From assembly GCA_964016885.1 (NCBI GenBank), contig OZ024743.1, positions 79,918,001-79,982,000 of the forward strand: a stretch of DNA of 64,000 bases, written 5' to 3'. The DNA is from Eledone cirrhosa. Taxonomy: Eukaryota. Below are positions 14,847 through 29,514 of the stretch, piece after piece. Each line of letters starts with the position of its first letter. The first letter of the stretch is position 1. The translations under genes and the position numbers were made by a program. Below the pieces are notes generated by a model that did no database searches, was not told the origin of the DNA, and was given only the letters and a program-made list of their open reading frames with translations.

Positions 14847-15388
14847 TGTATATATAAAACAAAGAAAGTGTGGATAATTCACCAGAGTACTCGATACTGA
14901 GTTAGGCATGTACAGAATAGTTAGGTAGAAAACAACCAATGGTACTAGGCATATATATTACAGCATGCTAAGGTATCACATAATATAATACAGGTTTACA
15001 AGCATATTAAGCAGACAAAGATGTTGGTGTAATAAAAGTAGCTATTCTATACATGCCTAACACATTTGCACTCTCTATACGCTTGCATATGTACTGCTAA
15101 TGTCCTCGTTTTCCGAGTAACTTTCTGCCTTAATTCCTCTTTAATTGTTATATTATTCTTTTGTAATCTTTCTCGCATCCACTGATACCGATCGCAACAT
15201 CTCCACTCTGTAAATATGACACTATTGATGATAACATTAATATCTATGTATCTTTGTAATTGTTCTGTGGAATAAGAAGTTAATTATATGTTTAAACGTT
15301 GCTAGTGCTCCGATGATTCCAAACGAAAGTTTGGAAGAAACGATTGTCAGCAATAAAATGTTTTGAACATAGTTTTGATTATTCTGAA

Positions 15389-15486
<98 letters not shown>

Positions 15487-15753
15487 AATGCATGTACATA
15501 CATACACGCCTATATACTTACACACATACATGACTAGGTACATACATGCATACCTTTATAGTAATATATGAGGTTCGTTATAGGTGGGTAACTGGATGGG
15601 GATTGCTGAGGGTGGGGATGTTGTGGGGGGCTGGGTGAGTCGGGGTGGGGGGCAAACGGAAGTAGCTGTGAGAATAAAGAATTCCATGCTGACGGGAAGA
15701 TTCCAGAACAAATATTTCCATTGTGATCAGTTTGTCTATTTTACACACATATG

Positions 15754-15848
<95 letters not shown>

Positions 15849-16009
15849 TTATGTATTTATATGTATATATTCGTATGTATAAAGATACATAAACAAATAA
15901 ATACCCACATACATATACATATGCGAAAATTAAACGAATAAACAACGCATCAAAACGATACATTACAATGAAGATATATATTATTTTAAGACTTGATATA
16001 GTAGGGAAG

Positions 16010-16049
16010 AGTCTTAACGTTTTGGACATCGGTCTTTCGTCCGAAGACT
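16010..16049 (-). ncRNA. Degenerate minimal hammerhead-like motif
   Basis: AGTCTT-CGGACGA-...-AAAAC-GTT-AAGACT: stem I intact, two core substitutions. Confidence 0.3.
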
Positions 16050-16160
16050 GATTAAGATATTAAGGACGAAATAGAAAAATAGATGAGACAGACAAGAGAA
16101 AGAAACGGAACAAGTTGGAATTGAGAGATACACTTGTGTGTAGAGTTTGAGACAGCTCCA

Positions 16161-16353
16161 ATAATAATGGTTTCTACTTTGGGCACAAGGCCAGCAATTA
16201 CCCAGTGCATTACTGGTACTTTATTTTATCGACCCCGTAAGGATGAAAGACAAAGTTAACCTCGGCAGGATTTGAACTCAGACCGAAAAGGGCTGTAACT
16301 CTATGCTGCAAAGAATAGTGTCTGACCCTTTACCGATACTGCCAATCTGCCGC
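16161..16353 (-). mobile_element. tRNA-derived SINE
   Basis: Reverse-complement match to 29752-29950, including A box, B box and central domain. Confidence 0.85.
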
Positions 16354-16833
16354 AGGTATGGAGATGAACGTGTGCTTTGCGTACTTGGATCTTTCAGACC
16401 CGTAGCTTTCCTCTTCTCTTACTCCACTGATATCAAGCAGGCAGCTGAATTCTACAACTGAACATATTCTTAATGTGTGGTCCCAAACTACAATATCCGG
16501 TCAGTTGTCTTCATCTGGTGGCGGCTTGTATTTTTAGGTTCCCCAGTATTACTTTGAGCCACTAGTCTCAATATGTTTCCCCCTATTTGATATTAGTTTC
16601 ATATTTTGTAGGGCAGTCAAGATGGTTCGGGCTAGCGCACCATGACTAGGTAATAACGAGAAGATATTCTATCTCAGTTATCAATAATGTGGCTAACATC
16701 TTCGGTCTTTGTTTTACAAAACCTACATTTAGTGCGAATTGAACAATTTCCTCTTTCGTGTAGTAGATACCTGTTGGAGAATTCTTGTTCCTGGATTGCA
16801 TAGAGGTACCTTTCAAGGTGGGATATGTATGTA

Positions 16834-16907
<74 letters not shown>

Positions 16908-17035
16908 GTGGGGGGTGACGCCTGAGAGAATAAAATACTAAATACCAAAGTAGAGTTTTAATATATATTTATTGCTGAATAGAGAGTGTTGTTATTCTGG
17001 ATGTTGGCTGTTTATCACAGAGTCATCAGACAAGA

Positions 17036-17080
<45 letters not shown>

Positions 17081-17081
<1 letters not shown>

Positions 17082-17248
17082 AAAGTATGACCCCGACGGC
17101 AGAGCTCAATTTCTGGACTATTTTAGTCCAGAAATAGCCGTCGAAACGGCTTGAGCTCTGCCGTCGGGGGTCATACTTTTTCCTATTTCCCTCTCTACTA
17201 CTTTAAGTATTGAGTACTCTGGTGCGTTATGGTCCATCTGGTCCTTTG

Positions 17249-17250
<2 letters not shown>
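17081..17250 (+). mobile_element. PLE-like fold-back element (13096 family)
   Basis: Same sequence and palindrome centre (TTTCTGGACT...AGTCCAGAAA); TA flanks. Confidence 0.65.
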
Positions 17251-17294
<44 letters not shown>

Positions 17295-17428
17295 TATTAA
17301 GATTGGTGCTCTGAAATAGCGATGTATACATGAATGTATGTATAGTATATTTGGCAATATACCGTATGTTTAATTAAAAACATTTAGAAGACCACACGCT
17401 ATCAGTTTTAAGCAAAAAAAGGGAGAGA

Positions 17429-17470
17429 AGCTGACATTCTGTTTCACGTTGGTTGGCGTTCATCAGAGCC
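17429..17470 (-). ncRNA. Minimal type I hammerhead ribozyme
   Basis: GGCT-CTGATGA-ACG(ccaaccaa)CGT-GAAACA-GAA-TGTC^AGCT: canonical core, GUC site, all three stems pair. Confidence 0.68.
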
Positions 17471-17492
17471 ACGTACTCCCTTGCTTCCGCCA

Positions 17493-17549
<57 letters not shown>

Positions 17550-17603
17550 TAACAGATCCTTATCGAGCCCTCTTTGGATTTTAGTCTTCAAATTTATTAT
17601 TAT

Positions 17604-17639
<36 letters not shown>

Positions 17640-17695
17640 CAATTAAACGTGTCTGGCGGGGGCCACTTCAGAAAATAATCTGTCCTAGCGAGTTT

Positions 17696-17774
17696 GTCCC
17701 TTGACGAGTTCGAAACTCGAGATTTATCCTTAATAGGATATCTCAAAATGAGAACGAAACCCAAGGGTAGGGAT
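17696..17774 (+). ncRNA. Hammerhead ribozyme, C3U variant with extended stem II
   Basis: GTCCC-TTGACGA-GTTC...GAAC-GAAA-CCC-AA-GGG-TA^GGGAT. Confidence 0.55.
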
Positions 17775-18062
17775 GTAATCCTGGTATGTATATAAGCATT
17801 TCTAACTTTAATGTTATACCTAATTGTGTATGGTTGACCGTATATTTAATTAATTTCTACGTGCTGGTGAAATGTTGGGTAAATATTGTATAGCGGTTGG
17901 CCGCGAAGAGGCTGCTATTGTTTATTTATTTACTGTTTCTTCATAGGTGAATCTTATAGCCTAGTCTAATTGATTTTTTGTGTGGTTAATTATGCTAATT
18001 GGGAGAGGAAATGATGTATATATATATTATCAAATGATTCTATGGACATACTTTACTTTATA

Positions 18063-18112
<50 letters not shown>

Positions 18113-18116
<4 letters not shown>

Positions 18117-19094
18117 AGGATAAAAAGGACGATTGATTATTCCTTCATTGCATTTATTGATAGGTGACGCGCGTGCGTTTCGCCACCGATCAGCTCAAGG
18201 TTCGATCTATATCGATCCTACCCGATTCAATAATCGGCAGCTCGGCGGACCCTCTTAAAATGCTATAAGAAAATGAAATACATGTTATGTGGTAAAGTCA
18301 GAGTTTCAAGAGTTTGACAAAATGAGATGTTTTGATTTGTGAGAAGGATCAAGGCGATGTACTGGCCTGTAGTGTATATGGGGGTGGGTGTGATGGTGAG
18401 ATGTTGGTGACGGTCTGTGGATGGGCTGGGCTGTGGTGTGGTGGTGGTGGGTTGGCCTTGGCGTGTAGAGTATGTGGGGGTGGATGTGATGGTTAAGGTT
18501 ATTTTGGGGGTGGATGGTTAAGGTTATTTTGGGGGTGGATGGTTAAGGTTATTTAGTGGGATGGGCTGTGGTATGAGGTTAGTGGATTGTCAGTAGACGG
18601 GTTGGCGAATGGGTGGGGGTGTGGTAGTGGTGCCTTTGTCTATGGTAGCGGCGTTTGTGGTGGTGTGGTGGATGTATTGGTGGCGTCAGGTCCTTACATA
18701 GATACATAGTTAGACGCTCCTCGTCTGACAGATACCTTGTATATACGTATACGTACACACATATATGTATATATGTGCACATATATTGTTGTATAAACAC
18801 ACACAACGTAAAACACATACGCACATCCTTGCCCACACATATCGGCATACGCTCACACACAGCCATATGCATATGTACACACATGTATGTGCATGCGCGC
18901 ATGCGGACACGAATATGGAGAGTGGGGAGTATCGGTGGAGGTGGCGAACGACAGAGATGGGGGGAAGGTGAGAGGCGATGTAGAAGGTGTTTTACATATA
19001 TACATACACATACAAACACATGGGTATGGGCACATGGACTCACACTCATGTATGCAAGATATACACATACACACTCGCACACACGTATACTCAC

Positions 19095-19131
<37 letters not shown>

Positions 19132-20310
19132 CACACACATGTACCGACAACACACACATACACGCACATATACACATACATGCACATATATGAGCTCACC
19201 TACACATACAGTCAGATTTACCCATATACATATATGTAGACGTACACATACACACACATACATACATATACATATATACACACACATACACACATGCATA
19301 CACATACACATATATATATATATATACAGACATATATATACACACACATAGACATATGTATACACATGTGTTCACATACACACACACATACAGATAAATT
19401 TGCGTACACGCACGCACACTTAAAACGCCCGTATGAGTAAAATATTTACACACAGACACACACTATTGTTGGTTGGGAGTGGAGATATGTTTTGTCGGTG
19501 TTGATGAAGTATGGAGTTGTGTTTTGTGGTGGTGGTGGTGGTGGTGGAGCTGTGAGGGACAAAAATATATATACCGGATCGAATACGGGTTAAAAGGTGA
19601 CATAGGGAACGCGGGGGAAAAGCGTTTATGGACGTACGGCGATGTGTGTTGTGGACATGGTGATGGTGGTGGTGCTGGGGTGATATGTTCGGCAAGATGA
19701 TTATATGATCAGAGGTTACGGTGTGTTATATGGTAGGCAGACGGGGTGTGTGGGGTATATAATACAGTCGATTTGGGAGAGAGGGATGATATGTGTTGAT
19801 GATGTAATGATAATGATTGTTGAAGTATGTGGATGTATTTAGTGGTGGCGGTGGTTGTGTGTGCGTGCTACAGTACAGTTACAGGGTCGAATTTAGCGTG
19901 GGGTTGCAGGTTAGGGTAGATAGAGGGAACATGGGGGGATGAGGATGTAGGCGTGTATGGTATGCACATGACGATGTGTGGTGTGGTGGTGGTGGCGATG
20001 GTGTGATATGAACTCTTGAAACTCTGACTTTACCACATAACATGTATTTCATTTTCTTGTAGCATTTTAAGAGGGTCCGTCGAGCTGCCGATTATTGAGT
20101 CGGGTAGGATCGATATAGATCGAACCTTGAGCTGATCGGTGGCGAAACGCGCGTCACCTATCAATAAATGCAATGAAGAAATAATCAATCGTCCTTTTTA
20201 TCCTTTCTATATATTACACTCTGTATAGCTCTACACATCATCACAGAAGTGAATCTAAACATCGAGTGCTCACCCGGGTGAACCTGCAGTAACTCCTAGT
20301 TACACCCACT

Positions 20311-20313
<3 letters not shown>
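18113..20313 (+). mobile_element. Non-autonomous PLE-like element with ~200-bp inverted terminal repeats
   Basis: 18113-18314 is the reverse complement of 20011-20208; low-complexity interior; 3' extension then (TA)n; hammerhead-like fold in the repeats. Confidence 0.65.
20073..20159 (+). ncRNA. Hammerhead-like fold with non-canonical core (mirror copy 18162-18252, minus)
   Basis: GGGT-CCGTCGA-11-bp stem II (GCTGCCGATTA/TGATCGGTGGC)-GAAAC-GCGC-GTC^ACCT. Confidence 0.5.
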
Positions 20314-20363
<50 letters not shown>

Positions 20364-21169
20364 CGAATTAGCTTCAGACCATACTTGTATACAGATATGT
20401 ATTGGAATTTCGTATTTCAGAAGAAATACGGTACGTTTAAAATAAATATTTAGAGAGCCGTAGCTATGCCGACAGACCGCCGTCTGGTGGTGTCCAGTAG
20501 AAGCAAGTGCGTCAATCGTGGATGCGCATTTCGAACTGAACTGGTAGAAATATATATATATATGAGGATTTCTTTACCCTGCATGTCTCCGTATTTATCT
20601 TCTCCATACTTCTTCAGTGAACTCACGTCTTCGTAGTCAACTATCAGTTATCTTTTCTCACCCCACTTTTATCCCCTATGGTCTCGATTCCTTACATACA
20701 GTGCAGAGGTATGCCACTAAATTTCTCGATCTTTTCTCGATTATATCTTCAATCAATGACCTATATTGTAACATATCTTTATTTTTTCAGATCTGACTCA
20801 TACATATTTCTTTCTGACTTTCTACACAAGCTAGACGGTTGTCAAAATCTTGTCTAACGCCGTCTGATTGTCTCAAAGTGCAAATATCTGTCTTCACAAA
20901 TCTGTCTCTCTGCGCAACTGTCAATTTTTTTCTGTTGAACCGTTTTTAAATTATATATTTGTTTAGAAGAGGTGTGGTTATATGTTCCGACCAACTTAGG
21001 GATCCCTTCTCTTGTCACCATCTCAGCCAACACCATGCTAACAAATATTTTATTAAACAATTGCATGATGGGTATAAAAAATGTTTAAAACGTTCAGTTA
21101 TTTTCCTCCACACAGACATGTATGTTTATCTGCTTGAATATGCTCACACTTTCACAGTGACACATACAT

Positions 21170-21272
<103 letters not shown>

Positions 21273-21354
21273 CATGAAAACATAAATACATATATCTTTA
21301 AGCAGGTATATATAAATAGAGAGAGCGACAATAAAATTACATATATATAATGTA

Positions 21355-21655
21355 TATATAAACCATTATATATACATTATATATATATTATTCACATAGA
21401 CACATCTATGTATATAATATATATATATAAACCAATATATATATATTATATACATAGATATATCTATGTAAATAATATATATATATATAAACCAATATAT
21501 ATATACATTATATACATAGATATATCTATGTATATAATCTATATATAAAACAGTATATATACATTATATACATAGATACATCTATGTATATAATGTATAT
21601 ATATATAAACTAATATATATATACATTATATACATCAATATATCTATGCATGTGT
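21355..21655. repeat. AT-rich tandem repeat, ~55-65 bp unit, about 5 copies
   Basis: Recurring TATAAACC..TATATATA..CATTATATACATAGA..TATCTATG. Confidence 0.75.
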
Positions 21656-21964
21656 ATAATATTCCACAGCGCCATCTATGCAATGTTGGATATTATAATG
21701 TTACCACTAGTAATAACAATAACAACAATGAAAACGATCTATAATAATAATAATAATGATAAAGGTAATGTGATTGTATTTTATATGGTTTTTATGTGCT
21801 AGTGGCCATCTTGTGAGGGAGAAGGTTTACTGGCAATACTTGACGCTGATAACTTTAGCCTATAACCTCACATTGAATGTCGACAAGTAACTATACAAGA
21901 TGGAGGCAAACATTTGATGTCTCAGCAACACGCAAACACCAAACAGTACATTAACTGCCAAATT

Positions 21965-22046
21965 ATAACAGCAACAATAACAACAATAATAATGATTATA
22001 ACAATAATAATAATAGTAATAATAATAATAATATTAATAACAGTAT

Positions 22047-22099
<53 letters not shown>

Positions 22100-22112
22100 A
22101 CAGTAGTAATAA

Positions 22113-22159
<47 letters not shown>

Positions 22160-22214
22160 ATAGTAGTAGTAGTAGTATTAGTAGTAGTAGTAGTGGTAGT
22201 ATTATTATTATTAT

Positions 22215-22266
<52 letters not shown>
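21965..22266. repeat. (TAA)/(TAG)n microsatellite block
   Basis: Visible simple repeats. Confidence 0.9.
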
Positions 22267-22538
22267 CATAACTAACCTCATTATCATCAAATCTCAATAA
22301 GTTACACTAAAAAATAATTAAATAATAAATATTTAAATAAAAAACCAACATTATCAAACGAGACACTGCAATAGCAGTAATAATGTTCTCAACGGTAGCA
22401 AAGTGAATTAATATTTATTTTCTCTTGTTATTAAAGGCTTTCATTTGATTTAGTCGGATGTTTGGCACCAAAAGGGCTAAAAATAACGTCTATATATAAA
22501 TGTTATATATATATGTATATATACATACATACACACAT

Positions 22539-22615
<77 letters not shown>

Positions 22616-22799
22616 GGAAAAAAGTATGATCCCGACGGCAGAGGTCAAGCCGTTTCGACGGTTATTTCTGAGTCCAGAAATAGCCGTCGAAACGGCTTGA
22701 GCTCTGCCGTCGGGTCATACTTTTTCCTATTACACACTCTACTACCCTAAGTATTGAGTACTCTGGTGCGTTATGGTTCCTTACCACAACTCCTTCGTT
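22616..22799 (+). mobile_element. PLE-like fold-back element (13096 family)
   Basis: Same palindrome and tail; TA flanks. Confidence 0.65.
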
Positions 22800-22859
22800 A
22801 TATATATATATATATGTGTAAATATGATAATAATGGAGCTGCGGCGCTGCAAATGGGTT

Positions 22860-23390
22860 ACATATGAAAAAGTTTGTCCTCATCAGTGGCCATCCAACCG
22901 TCATAGGCATTTCGTCGCATTAAAGGCCATATACCTCAGGTTGGTGCGAGCAACGGCTAAAAAAAAGTCGTTGGGACACGTAAATAAAGGGGACGCTAGG
23001 GTAAACAAACAAAATGGTTTAAGCAGCAGAAAGTGATGAAGAAGGAAACAAGTTCCAGATTTCTATGAATATAAATTCGGTGGAATCGTGAATGAGAGAA
23101 TAAAGACCATCAAACCTGGTTGAAATGTGAGCAAGGAAGGAATTTCGCACAGGTCTAACGGGAGGAAGAAGGGGTCGGGTCTGCGAATTCGGTAAACATA
23201 AGTTCTGTGAAGTCGCAGACGAGAGAGAAAAAAAATTCATACCAGCTTGGCCAAGTGCCCGCGAGAAAAGGATTACGGACAGGTCAAACGGGAAGAAAGG
23301 GGAGGAGGAGAGGTAGTGACAGAGAGTGAGTGAGTGAAAGGTGAGGAAGAGGCTAACAGAGAGAGAGACTGCTAGAAAGGGTAAAGACAC
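22860..23390 (-). mobile_element. Possible decayed CR1/L2-type LINE 3' fragment
   Basis: Minus translation LLPPVRPVRNSFLAH...EIWNLFPS loosely resembles the LINE C-terminal LWNxLP region. Confidence 0.3.
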
Positions 23391-23678
23391 CTTTGGAGAG
23401 AGAGTTCAAGAGACCGTGAAACCGCCCAGGGGTTAAACGGGTAGGACCGTTCACCGCGATCGCGAGGGGACTCAGTCCGCTGCTGTTTTAAGGCGCCGTC
23501 GTCGTCGGCGATCGCGTCGGCGGCGGTCTCTCGTTTCGACGAGTCGACCGCCGACCGTCTCGCCGGCGTTACGATTCGCGGGGTGCCGGCATCGGACGCA
23601 CTTCCCCTTCGATCCGTCGTCGCGACCCGTTCCCGTCAGGCTGGATGGCGCGCGGTGTCCGCAGGTCGCAGAGCGGCG

Positions 23679-23679
<1 letters not shown>
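23391..23679 (+). rRNA. Isolated 28S rRNA fragment (core before D2 + GC-rich D2 expansion segment), pseudogene
   Basis: CTTTGGAGAGAGAGTTCAAGAGACCGTGAAACCG...AAACGGG matches the conserved LSU motif upstream of D2; abrupt CpG-rich island ending at (TA)n. Confidence 0.8.
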
Positions 23680-23720
<41 letters not shown>

Positions 23721-23727
<7 letters not shown>

Positions 23728-23928
23728 TTTTATTGAGGGTAAATAGTGAGTCTTGTTACTCTGGAGTTTCGCCTGTTTATTACAGGGTCATCAGACAATA
23801 ACTTGTGTCTGATGACCCTGTAATAAACAGACGAAACTAGAGTAACAAGACTCACTATTTACCCTTAATAAAATTAATATTAAAGCTTTACTTCGGCATT
23901 GATTACTCCTTTCTCTCAAGTGTTAACC
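23721..23928 (+). mobile_element. PLE-like palindrome with back-to-back hammerheads (23752-23798 minus, 23803-23849 plus)
   Basis: TGT-CTGATGA-cCCTGT(aataa)ACAG..-GAAAC-TAGA-GTA^ACA; inverted arms ~75 bp; decayed relative at 16985-17034; TA flanks. Confidence 0.65.
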
Positions 23929-23937
23929 ATATATATA

Positions 23938-24067
<130 letters not shown>

Positions 24068-24182
24068 AAAGAGGGAGAGAGAAATTGAGAGAGAGATTAT
24101 ATTAAGATTACTCTTTGTTCCAACACTGAATTTCGCTGATTGTCGCTGATACACAGTAAATGACTGAATATTATTTGCTTTA

Positions 24183-24371
24183 GGGCGGTAATTTGGCAGT
24201 ATCGGTAGTGCGTCGGACATGCTTTCCAGCATAGTTACGTCCCTTTACGATCTGAGTTCAAATCCGGTCGAGGTTAACTTTGCCTTTCATCCTTACTGGG
24301 TCGATAAAATAAAGTACCAGTAATGTACTCGGTAATTTGCTGGCCTTGTGCCTAAAATAGAAACAATTATT
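24183..24371 (+). mobile_element. tRNA-derived SINE
   Basis: A box TGGCAGTATCGG, B box GAGTTCAAATCC, central GCCTTTCATCCTT...GTCGATAAAATAAAGTACC, ATT-type tail. Confidence 0.88.
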
Positions 24372-24878
24372 TGGTTTACTCCCCCTTACACCTTAACAGT
24401 GAAGATTAACTTAAGCAAAACATTCCTAGAATTAAAACACTAACATTTCTTCCCTGAACATAGGTCGAGGAAAATAACATATAAAAAAGAACCTGATGTA
24501 AACTCGGATCAGACGCTTTCACCACTCGTTCTAGAGCCCTTATTGTCATTGACTTATTAGCCTTCATTGAATTTTGGTTGCTGTTTTGGGTTACATATCT
24601 ATTTATGTATTCATATATGTATGCAGATATGTATGTCAGCCAATATTCTTTAAAGCAGAAAGTTATTGGTGGTGATCAAGCGATACCTGTGCTTAAAGTT
24701 TTTTAAAGTGAAAAAAGCCTGTCAGAGGATCTATCCCACTCACTCAATGACAGGCATACAAAGAGAAGAACAAATTAATATTATCGGCTGTCATCAAATT
24801 GGAGGTGGGCTTACCGTCCACCTGGGCACCATCTAAGGAATTTCTACGACCTGCCACAACAGTAGGCTTTTTCATATA

Positions 24879-25043
24879 CCGTATTTCCCGGCATCGGACA
24901 CACTACTATTTTCCTAAAATAAGTCTAAAAAATCTAGCATGCGTCCTGGAGGCCGAAGGTTATTTATATTTTTTCAAATTTTTGGTTGTCAAAATTAAGG
25001 TGCGACCTCGAGGACGAAGCGTCTTCGGCGCCGGGAAATACGG
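24879..25043. mobile_element. Tc1/mariner-superfamily (Tc2/pogo-like) MITE
   Basis: Perfect 14-bp TIR CCGTATTTCCCGGC/GCCGGGAAATACGG flanked by a TA duplication. Confidence 0.8.
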
Positions 25044-25327
25044 TACATAGAATTATACTCATATATATACACACATACACACAATCCGCACACATAAAAA
25101 CTTACAAACTTTTAAACATATGTAGACAATGTTAGATTGTCATTGACTCTCAGGAGTACTTCCACGGCTGGTCTTATTGTTTGTGCCGCAGTGGGGCAAA
25201 GAAGTTCCTCTTCTCCTGAAGAAAACTTGCTGGGGTTACCGGTTAATTCACCAATGATCCGACTGCGTGGCAGGTTGTACTGAGTTATGGGTTACCAGTA
25301 GTGCTAGTGAGAAACCTGATATATATT

Positions 25328-25372
<45 letters not shown>

Positions 25373-25377
<5 letters not shown>

Positions 25378-25483
25378 TCTACTTTTGGCACAAGGCCAGC
25401 AATTATCCCAGTGCATTACTGGTACTTTATTTTATCGACCCCGTAAGGATGAAAGGCAAAGTTAACCTCGGCGGGATTTGAAA
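25373..25483 (-). mobile_element. 5'-truncated SINE copy
   Basis: Reverse complement of the 3' half of 29752-29950. Confidence 0.85.
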
Positions 25484-25540
25484 TTTCTGGCCTCCTGTCG
25501 CTGTATTCAATATTATATATATATATATAGATAATATTGA

Positions 25541-25614
<74 letters not shown>

Positions 25615-25708
25615 TATAATATTGAATATATTATATATATATATAATATTGAATAAAGCGACAGGAGGCCGGAAATTTGAAATTTCTTTAACTTTTTTTA
25701 TTCTGCAG

Positions 25709-25760
25709 GCACTACATATATTTCAATGGCCAGTAAGACTCCATTGACATCATCAGGTGC
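25709..25760 (-). ncRNA. Minimal type I hammerhead-like ribozyme
   Basis: GCAC-CTGATGA-tgtcAATGG...CCATT-GAAA-T-ATAT-G-TA^GTGC; partial inverted copy near 25818-25840. Confidence 0.55.
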
Positions 25761-25999
25761 ATTGCATAGCAGTTATAAACCTGTGTTAACCATGTTTCCT
25801 TTATAAGTGTTATACAATACACCTGATGATGTCACTGGAATTTTACACCAGGTTTAGTGCTTTTCATACTATTGTATCATGGTTAACTACACAAAATGAA
25901 ACGTTTTATCCAGTGGTGAACCACCAACTTCAATGTATATATATACATACATACATATGTATATATATACATACATATATTTATATATATATATATATA

Positions 26000-28043
26000 A
26001 AAGAGTTATTTAATTTATTGGTTATTCCACAAATTTATTTATAACAGATTCAAGCATTCTACATTATTCTTCTGGAGTATAATATCAATAATATTAATAA
26101 ATGAAACTATCTTTATAAAACCATATTTATTTTATTATATATATTTCAAGAGTACCAAAAGTTTGGCACGCTCTCATCAGATAAAATACAAAAGTTGTTT
26201 TACAGATAGTGACATATCCAAAAACAAGAACTTATCGTTTTAAGTTCTGTTTGAATAGTGAAAAAGAAATCCAAATCTTAGGATGAATATGTTAATGAGG
26301 ATAACGTAAAGTTGAAAAAGATCATTATATTTAGACGCTAGGTAAATTTAAATAATTATTAGGATTATTTTTTAAGGGAAGAAGAGAAAGAGGTTAATAT
26401 AAATATTAGGGTGTAAGAAAATTTAAGGAAAGAATATAAGAAAAAAGTATATTAGAGTCAGAAATAGATTATTATTATTAATATATAATTGTATGGATCG
26501 TATTATTGATGGTGTAAAGAGAGTGAAATAATTATATTTATTTAATTATATAATTATATATTTTGGGTGTATCTATAATATAATATGAGAATTATAGATG
26601 TGTTGAAGTGGTAGAATATTAATTTTAAAAAGTGCGAGATGCTACTAATTATTGGGTCTATTCTAATAGTGATAATATTTATAAGTATATTTTATGAAGA
26701 ATTAGGGTTGTAAGTATATTTTATTTTATTATATTACAACAGGTTATTTATATAAATAATTTTGGTGAGTATATATGTTTTTTTTTATTAATAGATAGAT
26801 ACTTTAAATATTTGTTATATGTGAAGAGTTATGATGAATTTCCTGTTTACATTTTCAATATATGTTTTAAGAAAGAGTAAGTAGTTCTATTTTATTAAAG
26901 TTGATTATTTTGTATATTCAATAGTCGCATCAAGATAGGAATATATTTACGAAATTATACAAAAAAAATTTAAATATTTATTTAAAGTTTAGTCGTTACT
27001 TAGAAAAAATGTGTAAGCGTGTTATATTATAAAGGAAAAGATAACTCCAATATTTCTTGGTTGAAATAGTTACGTTATATTTACCGTTTATTTTAGAATT
27101 TACTTTAAAAAAAATTATATATTATTTTATATTATATATGATTTTATAGTATCATATATTACATATTTTCTAAGATAAAAATTATTTTCTATATGCATTT
27201 AGATAGCATTCTTTATATCTATGTATATGTTAATGATATTAAGCATTTATATGTATGGATTTACAATGTCTATATAGTCTATTAGGAAGAAATATTACAG
27301 ACATCAAAAGTATATTCAAAAACATCATTAAAACCATCACAAAAAAAGATATATTAAAAAAATATCATTTAAAACATCATTTATGTATTGAGGAAATATG
27401 TCATATAGTTACCAATCAAATTAACTCTATAAATAAAAAGAAGGAATTATTCAACTCTTGCAAACATCGTCAATCTAAGACTTTCAAAAGTATCTATAAT
27501 CTATAGAAAATATTAATTATATCTCACTTGTTTACATTTTATATGTCTTCACTATACTTTGTTGACGTTTTGTGATGTTTTTTTAAATGATATATTTTAA
27601 ATGATATTTTTAAATATATCTTTTTTGAATGGTTTTAATGATGTTTTTGAATATACCTTTGATGTCTGTAGTATTTCTTCCTAATAGACTATATAGACAT
27701 TGCAAATCCATACATATAAATGCTTAATATCATTAACATATTCATAGATATAAAGAATGCTATCTAAATACATATATAAAATAATTTTTATCTTAGAAAA
27801 TATGTAATATATGATACTATAAAATCATATATAAAATAATATATATTTTTTTTACATATATCTTAATTAGAATATTTTTTTAAAGTGAATTCTACAATAA
27901 ACGGTAAATATAAATTAACTATTTCAACTAAGAAATATTGGAGTTATCTTTTCCTTTATAATGTAACACGCTTACACATTTTTTCTAAGTAACAACTAAA
28001 CTTTAAATAAATATAAAAATATTTTTTGTATAATTTCGTAAAT
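26000..28043. mobile_element. AT-rich decayed Penelope-like element(s) with ~450-bp inverted repeat
   Basis: 26945-~27380 is inverted at ~27573-28043; spacer encodes LCIEEICHI...INKKKELFNSCKHR, like the PLE GIY-YIG C-terminal LCxxE..LN..E...CxH motif; hammerhead at 26128. Confidence 0.55.
26128..26188 (-). ncRNA. Minimal type I hammerhead ribozyme (relative of 13686-13750)
   Basis: TATTTTAT-CTGATGA-GAGcGTGCCAA...TTGGTACtCTT-GAAA-T-ATAT-A-TA^ATAAAATA; stem II differs in sequence from the 13.7-kb copy but keeps pairing. Confidence 0.78.
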
Positions 28044-28300
28044 GGATCTAACCAGTATCAAACTAATATTCAATAGGGTACTCGATACTTGGGACTGTAG
28101 AGTGTGACAATAGAAGAATGAATCGGGGCTTATCTGGAACTAGCTGTTGAAACGGCAAGAGCTCAGCCGTCGGGCCCCGACTCCTTCTAATACACACACA
28201 CAAGTACAAAGATATATATATGCAAAGAGAGAGAGAGGTAGAACAACTGGAAGGCAATATCCGTAGTGGTAGAGCACTCAGTCCATAGGACGAGTTTGGT

Positions 28301-29512
<1,212 letters not shown>

Positions 29513-29514
<2 letters not shown>

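Noticed and set aside
15120-15340. Possible Gypsy RT relic (LSFGIIGALATFKHIIN on the minus strand)
   Set aside because: Single weak motif, with no YxDD or LTR support.
20505-20546. Helitron-like 3' hairpin plus CTGG
   Set aside because: Weak GU-rich stem, single occurrence, no 5' end identified.
23391-23679. Functional rRNA gene
   Set aside because: Only ~290 bp, with no other rDNA unit sequence nearby.
24183-24265. tRNA gene
   Set aside because: A and B boxes belong to a multi-copy SINE head; no convincing cloverleaf.
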